Notes under the pieces: generated by a model
The model's database searches: none
What the model saw: only the letters and a program-made list of their open reading frames with translations
Told to the model about the DNA's origin: nothing
Origin: Callorhinchus milii
Taxonomy: Eukaryota
DNA length: 64,000 nt
Reading direction: 5' to 3'
Assembly: GCF_018977255.1 (NCBI RefSeq)
Contig: NW_024704742.1
Coordinates: 131,008,001 to 131,072,000, forward strand
Part shown: positions 26,241 to 38,914 of the stretch, piece by piece
Layout of the letters: the number at the start of each line of letters is the position of its first letter
Numbering within the stretch: position 1 is the stretch's first letter
Program-made: the position numbers and the translations under genes

Positions 26241-27539
26241 ATCTTCTGTCTCAAGCAAGCAGCTCAAAAAATCCACTAGAAATCCACAAAGTAGCCCATC
26301 AAACATCTGATCAGGTTAACTTAACGTGAGAGATCTCAACGTCTCGACCTCAGGCCGGCACCTCCGACAATTCAGCGTTCCCCAAAACATGAGCGTCAGC
26401 CGAGACTGTGAGTTCTTTGTACCAGTGTGGGACCCACAACCTTCTGACTCCATAATAATAATAATAATCCTTGCATTTGATAGAGCGCCTTATCACGTCT
26501 TTGAGACGTTTTAAAGCGCTTCACAAAATATACTGTAAAGTGAATTGACTGTTCATGTCGTGGGCGAAAGTGTTAATGATAGAGCCGGAGAGTGCTGTCG
26601 ACTGTTCCAGGGTGACACACCGAGCCAGTCGGCCCCAGTGAGACAGGAATTTAGGAATTTTTGTCGATCCGCTGGCAGTGTGTGAGTTAAGCTGATTCCC
26701 GGGCAGGGTTCTGACAGCCGTCAACTACTTCCTGTTAATTCTCACAGAACAACTAAACATCTGTCAAGTGTATTCTAATGTACTCAGTAAGCCTGACAGT
26801 TTCTATCAACATTGCTGTAGTTCAATTAATAGAAAAGCAAAATGAAAAAAGAATTACAACATTCTCCCCAATGACTCTTAGGGATTTTTTTTTAAACGTG
26901 ATTCATAAGAACTTTACACCAATCTAATTACAAGCCTGAGTGCTCCACATTTACATAGAAAATATTACAGCTCTTTTGACTTAGGGTCTTAGAAATTGTG
27001 CAAAGTATAAGGCAATAATTGCTATTAAAAAGCATAATAAATATATTTGCCCAGCATCAGTGGTAATGCACGATGTGCACATACTGTGGAGCTAACTTGA
27101 ATTAAACTGTGTGGGATGGGGGAGGGGAGGGAGAGACAGTATCGAGTATACAAGGCTAAATTAACAACAACAACAATAACAACAAGATTACATTTGTATA
27201 GCGCCTTTCATATCGGGAAGACGTCTCAAGGCGCTGGAATTAATGACCAGCACTGGGTTAACAGGTAGGATGGTTGGGGCCAGGACACTGGACTTATTTA
27301 AGAAATACTCAATGCTGCTATGGGTCTTATAAAATGACACTAGCGTGGGTGTTCTGGAAGGGTGGGGGTCATCCACCCAAACTGGCAGACAGGATCTCGG
27401 TTTAACATCTCATCCAAAGGATGGATTTTCGATTGGCTTGAAGTGCCTTTGTCATATAATATCTCTGTGATCATTTCAACCTGTGGTTCGAGAGGTTTTG
27501 GGACAGTAAGATAGAATTGTCTCAGGTGGTTTACTACAG

Positions 27540-28135
27540 GGTGTCAGCTTGGCTCAGTTGGTAGCACCCTTCCCTCTTAGTCAGCAGGTTGTGGGTTCAC
27601 ACCTATGTTGGGACTTTAATCTTAAAGTCTACGCTGAGATTCCAGTATAGTGCTGTGGGAGAGCTTGATTGTTGAAGGTGCCATCCTTCAGATAAGATAT
27701 CCAGCTCCATCTGTCTGTTCAGGTGGACGTTAAAGGTCCTACAGCACTATTGAAAAAGGGAAGGGTGCCCGGTATCCTAGCCAGGGGATAGGATTCACGG
27801 GATTCACTGTAATATGTAATGACTATGTATTTGTAGACAAACACAACAGTCAATGTCACACAACAATTAAGTGAATGACAAATTTTATTTGGGGGATTGT
27901 TGGCCAGGATACAGGAAAAAAATTCCCTTCTCTTTTCAAATAGCGCCATGGGATCTTTAACATCCACCTGAACAGGAAGAAACAACCTTGGTTTAACGTC
28001 TCATCAGAAGAAGGCAGCACTGAAAATGCCTTGTACCCCCAGCACTGCTCTGGAGGAACAGGCTTGTCAGTACATTCCAAGGTTCGACTTGGAGCCTGAA
28101 CTCACAACCTTCTGACTTAGAAGTGAGAATGCTTA
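27540..28135. mobile_element. Two Deu-domain SINEs in opposite orientation (plus about 27540-27790, minus about 27790-28135)
   Basis: Head gtcagcttggctcagttggtagcac...ggttgtgggttca with Deu core on plus; inverted core and head downstream. Confidence 0.7.
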
Positions 28136-29049
28136 GCCTCGTCTCATGACTCTCCTCTTCAACCGTGCCTTTGGTCACCATCTTACACCACCTTCCCTAC
28201 CCTCCACCCATCCTGATCCCAAACCCCAGCTCGGGTCCAAATCCTTGACTTTCCAGCGCCTTGGGACGTCCTCCTAACGTGAAAGGCGCTATATAAATAT
28301 AAATCGCTGTTGTTGTTGGTGTTGCTACCCACTGAGCCAGATTGACAGTTAATATAAATTAGCCTGGATTACACAGGAAGTCCTGGCGTTGAGGTGAAAG
28401 GTCGACCTCAAGACAAATACGAGAGCAGAGTGTCTGCTGGAAAGGCAGCACAATAATGTGCAGAGTGTTTGCCGTTTCTATGGCCTGAGTAAACCCAGGG
28501 AGAAGGCAGCTTGATTTTTCTTTGGCACTGGCAACGTGATCCATGCAGCTAAACTGCGTCGCGGTCTTTCTAATGAGCCACTTACTCATTTCCGCTCAAT
28601 TTGTGGTTTTGTTTTGTGCTTCAGTTTCGTGCGATTCCCTCGCTGTGCATTTTCACTTGTCACGGTGAGTGTTGGCGGAGTAGTGTAAAACAACATTCTT
28701 CTCCTCTACAGCTGGGAACATTAATCCCGTTTACACTGGGGAGCTCAGTGCAACGGGCACAACAATAATAATAACCCTTGCATTTGGTTTAGCTTCTTTA
28801 ACTTCAATACATCTCATCTGAAAGGTAAATTGCTGTCATGTCTAGTGACTGCGATAACCGGGCAACGCAGCAACCAACTTAATAAGTCTCTGAGTTTGAT
28901 ACAATGCCTTATCACGTTGGGAGGATGCCTCAAAGCGCTTGACAGGATTTACTGTAAACTGTCATCACTGTGAATTTTATAGGCAAACACAGTACCCGAT
29001 TTGCATGTACAAGGGCCCATAAAGAACTATGCAACAAAGAAGGCTGTTT

Positions 29050-29365
29050 TAATAATAACAAATCTTGCATTTGATATAGCGCCTTATCACGTCATAGAAA
29101 TGTCTCAAAGTGCTTCACAGAATATATACAACTAATACACAAAAATAACTGTGTACTTTGTGGGTGAAACACGGCAGCCAATTGCGTCGTAGATTGAAGT
29201 GACCAATTTTATTATTTTTTGATAACGAATTATTAGAGGATTTAATAAGGAATATTATTATGCGTGTGGAGTAAGGAAGCTTGCCCAAGGTTTTGCCCTG
29301 CCGGGAATTGAACCCAGGTCTCTCACTTGCGAGGCGAGTGCTCTAACCATTGAGCTACAGGACTC
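29050..29365 (-). mobile_element. SINE family A, short internal form
   Basis: Reverse-complement head ...gctctaaccattgagctacaggactc and common tail. Confidence 0.85.
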
Positions 29366-30814
29366 TAATCTAATCACTCTAATCAATACAATTTTGTGGT
29401 TGCTGTTGTTGTTGTCTTCATTCCTTCCTGCTCGGAGCTCCCCACTGTCCCTGGGAAGTGCTTTGAGATATTTATTCATGCAATGTGAAAAGCGCTGTAC
29501 AAGTGCAGGCTGTTCTCCCATTGGAAGAGCTTCTGGCCTGAGCCTCAGAGCGCCGACTGAGACCTTGGGACTTGGGGTCAATGTCAAGTAATTCAGGGCT
29601 GTGGATCCATCCTGCCGTGAAGTGAAGTGTCAAGTGTCAAGTCATCTCTGGTAAAGTCTGCACCTGCATCAATCTTCCCCTTAGAGGAGACGTCCATTCC
29701 CCCCCATTGCCTATTTCCTTCTGAGGTATATTCGATTGATGGGTTCATGCTACAGACTGGGAGACGTCACAGTCAAGTGTCTGTCCAAACACACTTCAAT
29801 TAGGACACTTGAAAGCTGTCATGGAGGAAATGACAAGCTCATGTGCTTGCCTTGTTATGGTACTAAGATAGTTCCCAGAGGTGAAAGGACCAAGACCTAG
29901 TCTATCAAAATGAGGGAGATTGTAGAGAAAGCAGAGGGTTCAGATCAGCCTCCAGATGATCTGTGCAAAATGTAACCAATATTACGAGCACAAATTAACT
30001 GTGGAGATTCAATAGAGTCAATACCTTCATATGGTATTTTAGACTTGAATAGGTCTGTTTAAAATCCCTTCCCCTCCTTCATATAGAGATTCTCTGAACC
30101 CAACCTAGCAGACAATGGCCTTCTCCATATCAGTCAAACGTTGTCATACTTTGTCCTGACCTGCTGTGCAGTGAGGTACTATTCCATAAGGATAGAGTGC
30201 AATCCAGAACCCAACCCTGCAGTAAGGTTGAATTTGTGGTCGATGTGATATTAAGGATATTGCCATGGACTGAGGGAGCTATTACCTAAAGACTAATGAG
30301 CAGTCAAAGGTCATAGTTTGTGAGCTGGACGTCTCTGGTATCACTATTTGGAACAGCGTTGGGTGTTGGACAGACGGCTGATGTCTGTTCTGGCCCTTTT
30401 GATATCAATAGCACATGAACCAAAAATCTCATCTCAATGAGCGTAAGAAATGGGAAAAGATTAAATTTCCCAGCAATGAGATCTCTCACCTTGCAGAGGA
30501 CAAGAAATCAACCAAAGCATTTTTCCTTCTAAACCACAAGGAATAGCTCAGCCTATTTTGAAAACAATAATAACAATTCTTGCTTCTTGCATTTACACCT
30601 GATCACATCCCAAAGTGCTCCAGAGATTTTTAATAAAGTTTAGTGACTGTATTTTGTAGGTGAGCACGGCAGCTAACTTGCCCACAGAAATATCCCGCAA
30701 GCAGTCATGAAATAAATGAACAATTATTTTTATCGGGGGTGGGGGTGGGGTGGGAGAGCAAATTGTTGGCCAGGACACCAGGTGAAACTCCCTTTGCTTT
30801 CTGAATAGATTCAA

Positions 30815-31275
30815 TAACAACAACAACACAACAAATTGGATTTATATAGCGCCCTCCACGCCGGACGGCTGAAGGCACGGCCGCTGAGGGTGGAGAGGAG
30901 GACTCAGGGGTCGAGGAGGAGGCCAGACCCGGAGGAACAAAGGCAATGGGTACTGTTTTGAGTAGAGAGGTCAGAGAAGTAGGGGGGTGCAGAGGAGTTC
31001 AGGGATTTGAATACAAGGGTGAGGATCTTGAAATCGATCCTCTCTGGGATAGGCAGCCAGTGCAGTCTGGCAAGGACTGGGGTAATCGGGGAGCGGAGTT
31101 TCGTCCGGGTGAGAATGCGGGCGGCAGAGTTCTGAATGAGTTGGATTTTATGGATGGTAGTGGATGGGAGACCGGCGAGGAGGGCGTTTGAATAGTCCAG
31201 CCGGGAGGTGACAAAGGCATGGACCAGAGTTTCAGCGGCTTTTGGGGAGAGGTATTGGCAGAGATGGGCGGACAA
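30815..31275 (-). mobile_element. L2-clade LINE ORF2 C-terminal remnant
   Basis: [24 protein letters not shown]...[12 protein letters not shown]...[22 protein letters not shown] is typical of the L2 ORF2 C-terminus; (GTT)n tail; internal deletion near 30870. Confidence 0.92.
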
Positions 31276-34169
31276 CTTTCAAAAGAGAATCGGATAGGTA
31301 CTTGAAGAAAATTTGCAAGGATTCGGGGAAACAGCGGGATAGTGGGACTGATTGAGTAGCTCTTCCAAAGAGCCGGCACAGGCATGATGGGCCGAATGGC
31401 CTCCTTCTGTGCTGTAATATTCTATGATCCTATGATAATAGTGCCACAGAAAAGATTGCATTGCAGAGAAAATAATGAAGATTTATGATATACATTGGAG
31501 GTAAAAGCACAGCATGAACATACTGCCACCCCCTTCTGTATTGCATACCCTTGCACAAATGAAACCAATCATAATAAATAATAGTATTAATAATCCTTGC
31601 AGTTGATATAATGCCTTTCATGTCAGGAGGAGTCTCAAAACGTCTTCGCTGGAGTTTACAGTTTTGGGCTGTGCATTTGTTAGGCGAACCCGGCAGCCAA
31701 TTTGCGCACAGCAATGTTTTACAAACAGCCCCCTTTAGTTGTGCTCTGTACAAAATGATCGCAGGGCAGTGCTGCAGGTAGCAGAGACAAAAGAGCTGGA
31801 AAGGCTCACAGCCTCGCTCGCATTTCCACTGGAGTTTTCAAACCTGACTAATTACATTGAACAGGGACAAAAGCCTCCTTAAAATCCTCCTGCTTGGATG
31901 CTAATGTTTGGATTCAGACGGATGTTGTTCTTTCCATTAGGGAAACACCGCTCTCCGGCAAAACACATCATGTATTTATTTATTTATTTATTCAGAACTG
32001 TACTGCTGCGGAGATGAAGCTCATTTAGCTCAAAGCCAGTTTTCAAAGGAGACCTTTTGTACATCGCAGGCGGGGAGTGGGGAGGAGAGGGATTGGGGTG
32101 ATAGAGAGAGAGGGAGAGAGGGAGGGAAAAACACAGTCTTAAAACATTACAAATAAAACAAGGAAATGTCGTCAACGAAATCAAACGACTGCAATACATA
32201 ATGTACGCAGGGATCAAAATACTGTACAGGAAAATCTTGCAGACAGATTAGCGCTGGCTCCAGGCTCTGAAAGGGAGGACAGATCCCTCACTATTCCTTT
32301 GTGGCCGAAACGCAGTGTGAGTGATTGGCACGGATAACACCGTTCCCGTGGTTACGACATGCTCAAAGAGAAGCAGAGAACTGTCAGCTTGATCTATAGA
32401 GCTGGCTATACTTCCATTATTTGTTTTTTGGTGGGGTTCGGGGGGGTGGAGGGGTGGGAAGTGGGTGAATTATACGCTTACAAAATGTATTGTTTTTTTG
32501 AAGTGCGTGCAAGTCATTTTTCTCATCCTTTTGGAACTCCATCCCACACTGCCTTTGCCTCGTCCCCTCTCTTTTCTCCTTCAAGGCCCATCTCAAGACC
32601 CTCCTCTACGACTACGCCTTCAGTCATCCTCATACCCCCACCCTCCCTGCCCTCCACCCCTCCTGATCTCAAACCCCAGCTCGGGTCCAAATCCCTGATT
32701 GTCCCCATGTGAAAGGCCCTATACAAATGTAATTTGTGGTAGTCGTTGTTGTTTCTCCTCCCCTCACCTACCACCAGCACCTCTCCTCACAAGCTGTGTT
32801 TCACTAGATCACACGATTAGTTTGGTTGAAGACGGCCCTTCGGCTCATCTGATCCCATCCTTTCAGAACACCTTCACTATTGTCTTGGCATGGCATCTGC
32901 ACTGCACTGCAGGAGGAACCAGAAGACCTGGCACCGACAGCAACTAAAGCTACAGATGTTCCAATCATCAGCACCAGATGGTCCTTGTTTAAAAGCCTCT
33001 GTGGCCTCTTGGCTTTCGGAGGTTTCTCTGGCAGCCAGTGCACCAGAGCCGCTCAGTGAGGGCTCAGTAACTGGCAGCATCCGTGCCAGGGAGCTGCCTG
33101 CTCCTAGGTGGCTCCACTCTGGCCAAGCCTGAGCCAGAATCTGCTCCTGCCTTGTGAGACACCTGACTCCGAGCAGGACAGTTGCCTCACCTGTTTGAGC
33201 TTCTTGAGTCCCTCCAACGAGAGAGAGGAAAGGAACGATTTAGTTGGTAACCAATGAGGGAAGAACATAATATATGGAACAGCTCATGCCATGGAGGGTT
33301 GCGTCATGGAGTGAAAACATGGGGGGGGGGGGGTGGCTGCAAAGTTATGAAGGGCTCTGATAGGGTGGATGGTAATAGAGGGTTCCTCTGGTCAATGAGT
33401 CAGTAAACAGAGGGCTTTAAACAATGATTCATACAACAATAACAATTACATTTGTACAGCGCCTTTCAGATCAGAAGTACCTCCCAAAGCGCTAGAAAGT
33501 CAGGGATTTGGCCCCTCGTTGGCGGTTGGGATCAGGAGGGGTGGAGGGCAGAAAGAGTAGGGGCAGGAGGGTGACCAAAGGCGCGGTAGAATTGGGTCTT
33601 GAGTCGGGCTTTGAAAGAGGTAAGGGAGTGAACGAGGTGAAGGGACTGTGGGATGAAGTTCCAATACATCATAATCCTTGCATTTGATATGGTGTCTTAT
33701 CACATTGAAGAGACATCTCAAAGTGCTTCGTAGGATTTTACTGCGTGTGCACAAAAGAAAACTTGTTTTCACTGGCAAGAAGAGAGATGAAAGACAAGAT
33801 CCCAAGTAAAAGAAAGAGCTACAGGTGACATTGATGGAAGGCAGGTCTTTGACAGAACTCTTATGGCTGGAAAACACAGACTTAAAATTAACAACGCACA
33901 GAGGAGACAAAAGGTTACAACAATTGTCTTTTCTCACGTTGCAGGCACTGGGTGGATAGATTGTCAGCAAAGGCAGGTAATACTTTGATTAACTCCTTCA
34001 AAGAAGAGCTACAAGTCAGGAGGTGAACTGAAGTTTATAGGGATGTCTATAGACAAGACCATCAAATACTCTACAAAGCGATTCTTTTTGTTGCTGGGTT
34101 TTTGTTGTTGATGGTGATGCCGGTGGTTGGTGGGGTTGGGGGGAAAGGTGAGCGAGGGATGTGGAAGGC

Positions 34170-34465
34170 AACAACCAGAGGTCACAGATTTAAGATAATT
34201 GCCAAAAGAACCAGAGAGGAGACAAGGATAATCTTTTTGTACCCAGAGAGTTGTTACAGTCTGGAATGCACTGCTTGAAAGGGTAGTGGAAGCAGATTCA
34301 ATAGTAGGTTTCAAAAGAGAATTGTATATTTACTTGAAAAGGAAAAAAAAATGCAGGGCTATGGGGTAAGAGCAGCGGACTGGGACAAGTTGTATAGCTC
34401 TTTCAAATGGCCGGCACAGGCATGATAGACCGAATGGCTTCCCGCTGTGCTGTAAGAATCTATGA
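34170..34465 (+). mobile_element. CR1-clade LINE 3' end
   Basis: acccagagagttgttacagtctggaatgcactgcttgaaagggtagtggaagcagattc...ccggcacaggcatgatagaccgaatggcttcccgctgtgctgtaa; related tail at about 31277-31430. Confidence 0.75.
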
Positions 34466-36042
34466 TTTTATGGTTCTATGAAAGGCGCTATACCAAATAT
34501 AAGTATTATTATTTTATTATTATTTCATGACCTTCCACATGCGTGTCTCTTAACTTTTTCATTTCTTCTTAAAATACGTAGCAAATGGTTATTAGGCTAC
34601 CATCCTAGAGAGAGCTCAAGTATGGACCTGACCATGAGAATATTACAGACAACTTCCCTGTATTAAAATTTAGCGTGGTACCCATTTTCTTTCTTATTTT
34701 CTCCTCACTGACATTTACCTCTCTGCTCCTGATATAACTTCCTCTTGCTGGGATGCAGTTCCATAGACAACAGCTGCATGTCAGAAAACTGCCCAACTGA
34801 CCATTGTTGATGGTGTGAGTCTTGGCAGTAAGCATTGGCAGACCATTCGATTGTAGAGGGCAATACAGCTGAGCCTGACTTCCCCCCACCCAGCTGCCAC
34901 ATGCATACACAACCAGTACAGGGTGCTGTAGAGGGAGTATGAGTAGAACCAATCTGGTTTTCCCCTCCCTGCCCTGGGAAAGCCAGACTCATATAGCTCC
35001 AGATAACACCAGAAACCTCAGGACGAATCTGGATGCGAACCAATGAATTCCCAGCTCATAAGATGCAGCTCTATCCATTACAACACTGAGGCTGTGCTAT
35101 CAAATGGCAAGCTCTGTGATTTTAGCTGGTTAGACACCAGGAGTACTCCAGCGCACAATCTGGCGTCCCCAAACCTTGGCTCTTGCCAATCGGAATCAGG
35201 TAAGCGGGAGGCGTCCCTCCAGGGAGAGAGTGCACATTCCATTCCAACAATCTATCTCTGGAATTACCACGTGTAGGTGGGATGCCTGGAAATCTCAGTT
35301 TGGTTTGGATTCTCCTATGCATGGTGATGGGTTTCCGCAAGTGTCAGACACCCGACTGAGCAAAAAAAAATTGGGGCTGCCTCGCCCTTTAACATTACAC
35401 ATGCAATGCAGGCACTGCTAATTCCACTCTGTTTTGTGCGTACAGTCTGCTAATAAAAGAATTGTTGAATTACCTATAGCTCGCAAGCTTTCTTTGGATG
35501 ACATTCTTACATTGGTTGTCTATCCATCAGTGACAGCAGAATGCTTTACACAATACACTGGAATTTGCTGGTTATGAACTGTTGACAATGTAAACCTGCA
35601 GCCATGCAGCAAAATCACAAGCAATGATCCTCCTGCGTGAATGTTGCCACAGAGCAGTCTGACAGCCAAAATCCTGACTAACCAGCAAACAATCCCTAGC
35701 TGATCTTTTCCTCCTCCCTCCCTCAGCCCACATCGCCTCCTGATGCCAATACATTTTCTCCAATTGAGCAGCTAATTTGTCAGAGTGCTGTATTTTTCTA
35801 GCCCCACGTTGGGACTTTGTACTCATGTGGTCCATGCTGACACTCCAATGCAGTGCTGGGGGGAAGGGGTTGCTCCATTGTCAGAAGTGCTGTCCTCTGA
35901 TGGAACATTAAACTGAGGTCTCGGCTGCCTATTCAGATGGACGATAAATTACCCTATTTGGCCAATGAACCCCCAAATGAAAACCTGATGGCTGTTTATG
36001 GGATATTGCTGTGCGCAAATTATCTGTCATGTTCCTCTACAA

Positions 36043-36298
36043 TAGGGTGACCACATGTCCCAGATTTCCGGAAACAATCCCCTCATGAAGTATTGTGTCC
36101 CTGTGGCCAAATGTGCCCTGTCTTGAGTTCAGCAACAAACTGAGCAAGAACAATAGAATTCTAAACCAGATATATTCCTCAGAGAAACACAGCTATTAAT
36201 CCCACAAGCTTCTCCAGTACTGACAGCATCAGGAATTGTGGTGAGTTCAATTTTTAATATATGTCTCTGGATTTGGTCTGCAGAATACAGTCATCCTA
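36043..36298. mobile_element. Non-autonomous hAT (Blackjack-type) MITE inserted in a Deu-SINE
   Basis: Termini TAGGGTGACC...cagtcatccTA; 8-bp flanks ctctacaa / gtctataa (6 of 8 match); host SINE sequence resumes after it. Confidence 0.7.
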
Positions 36299-36314
36299 GT
36301 CTATAAAATACACA

Positions 36315-36695
36315 ATCAATACGATTTACAGTATATCCCGTGAAGTACTTTCAGACGTTCCTCCTGACATGAATAATAATCCTTGCATTTGGTACAGGGC
36401 CCTATCACGTCTTTGAGACGTCTACAAACTAAATTGACTGAGTATTTTGTGGGCGATTCCTGGCAGCCAATTGCACACAGCAGTGTCCCACAAGCAGTCG
36501 TGGACTGAGTGACCAAATTATTATTATTTTTTTTNGAAGAGGTTATTACCTCGGAAAACGATCCGCCAATCGACTAACAACCAAGTTCCCACTTACTGCT
36601 ACGTAAGCAGAGGCTGGTGGGTGGAGTAAGGAAACTTGCCTAAGGTTTCGCTCTGCCTGGGAATCGAACCAGAGTCCTCTCTAACCAAGACTCCA
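36315..36695 (-). mobile_element. SINE family A, long form
   Basis: Tail, central block gatccgccaatcgactaacaacc and partially deleted head. Confidence 0.8.
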
Positions 36696-38914
36696 CTGTT
36701 CAACTGTGACACAAGTAGGAATGAGCGGGATCTCGAGCATGGTAGCACCGTGAAGAGAACACCCCTCCCCCACGCCGCACTTGACAGCACTAACCTTTGC
36801 TGGTTGAACGAACAGCAAATTGAAAATGCCACACAAACTGCTCTCGGATAAATATTTAATCAAAACGGTTTGGCCGTGACTTGTAAGAATCCTTGATGGG
36901 AGGCCTCCCATCCTCAGCCCCCAACCCCCCCTTCCCTCCCACCCCCTTACCGCCTTCGCCCCCATATTGACTGATAGAGGGTCAGATCTGTCCTCTGTGG
37001 GGTGTGGGTCTGTATTGTAGGCAAGGTGGCAGGACCCATTCAGAGTAAACCACCCCACCCTGGTACAGCCGGCTTTCAAACAGGGTCGTGCATTCGATTA
37101 ACACCAGCGGAGAGCAGCTGCTGGTATGTGGAGGCTCCGACAATCAAAGGGAATATTTCAAGGCAACTTCTTTCTGGCTTCCTTTCAGCTTAACAGGCGG
37201 ATGTGAGAAAGAGAGAAGGGCGAGAGAGAGAGAGAACGCGAATCTTAACTCGCAGGCTTGCCATCAAATGGAATGCGAACATGACACATGCGGTAGATGT
37301 TGCAAATGAGGGATAAAATAAATGCCTTGAGAGTCCACAGCTACAGATGTTTGGGCAAAGAAATTCTCCAAGGGGTAATATTAATGACAGGAGTGGGAGA
37401 AAGGGCTTACTTCTTTTTATAAAAAAAGTTTGGCTTTGAAATGGAACAGAAGGTGGAAACTGGATTGGAATTATTTATATATATATAATATACATGTGTA
37501 TATATGAACTGTATGTAAAACTAGGGCAGGCTTTTACTACCTCGATAAGCATCTACGACCAGACACTTCAAGTTCCGCACAGCTTGAACCCAGTGGGCGC
37601 TATCACAGTAAATACGATAGCAGGCAATATGCTACAATGTGTATCAGCCTTGCTCAGATGGTAGCATGCTCGCCTCTGAGTCAGAAGGTTGTGTGTTTCG
37701 CCCACAAAATATACAGGCAATTCACTTTACATATGTTCTGTGAAGCGTTTTGAGACGTCTCGAAGACATGATAAGGCGCTATATCAAATGCAAGGATTAT
37801 TATTATTATTGAGCCCCTCATCAGGACTTTGAACTCAATGCTCACTACACTTTACAGTATAACCTGTGAAGTGCTAAGAGATGTCCTCCTGGCACCTAAT
37901 TAATAGCTAATAAGTAATAATATTGCTTAGATTTGTCATAGTGCCTTTCATGTCGAGAGGATATCTCAAAGAATTTTACACAGCCGATGGGCGTCCAAGC
38001 CGGGGGATGAGAACTGAAAGGAATGGGTGTTGGGTGGGGGAAAGGGATTGGGGGAAAAGATGAAAAGAAGTCCCTGAAAGCGAGGGAAGGGGGTGGGGGT
38101 TGGGAACGAGTCAGAAAGGAGTGAGTCGGAGGGGCTCTGGGCTGGATTTCATGTTGGATGCCAGCAGCCATCCTTGCTATCAGTGGAGGTTGTAACATTT
38201 TGGAGCGCTTCACAGTAGGATTCCGAGCAAGAGAAAAGGGGGCGGTGAATGTCGGCACGATTGGTTTTACAATGAGATTTAAAGACAGATAAGAGAAGAG
38301 TTGAGGCAGAGGGATACAGCGACCTCTATTCTGCTCAGAATTGGGGATTCCATTGTGTCCTCTCATCCCGCGCACGTACTTTCATTTCAGATTCACTTGT
38401 GAATATTCAGTTGTGGTACGGTCACAGTAATAAGCTGTCCCCTCCACAAGGGCATTTGTTTTCAGCTCAGGATCTATATGAGGAAAGTGATTCATAGAAA
38501 GGGAGCGTGATAGCTATAGAGAAAGCTCAGGCGGATACGCCAATTTTTTAAGGTAATTCAGGCTGAAATAACGGCTCTGATTACCTTGCTCATCAGTTTT
38601 AATCTCCTCCAACCTGGCTCGATGCAGAATGGTGGGTGGGCTGAGGGGATGAGAAGCCGAGATGGAAAGGAACATTCAAGGGTCTGGTGAGATTGGATTT
38701 TGTAATGAGCTTCTCATCTGTAGAGATGTGCATGTGCATGTGGAAAGCTCATCAAATCTAGGATTGTTTTCTTTTGAAGTTCTCTTTTGAAGTAGTGCCG
38801 TAGGATTTTTAAGGACGTCCCAACAATGCAGGACACCCCATCACTGCACTGGAGCATCAGCCTAGAATGTGATTTCAAAATCCCACCATGGGGCTTCCCC
38901 ACAACCTTCTGACT

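Noticed and set aside
32877..33132. GC-rich overlapping short ORFs
   Set aside because: No recognisable domain on either strand; cannot be supported as coding
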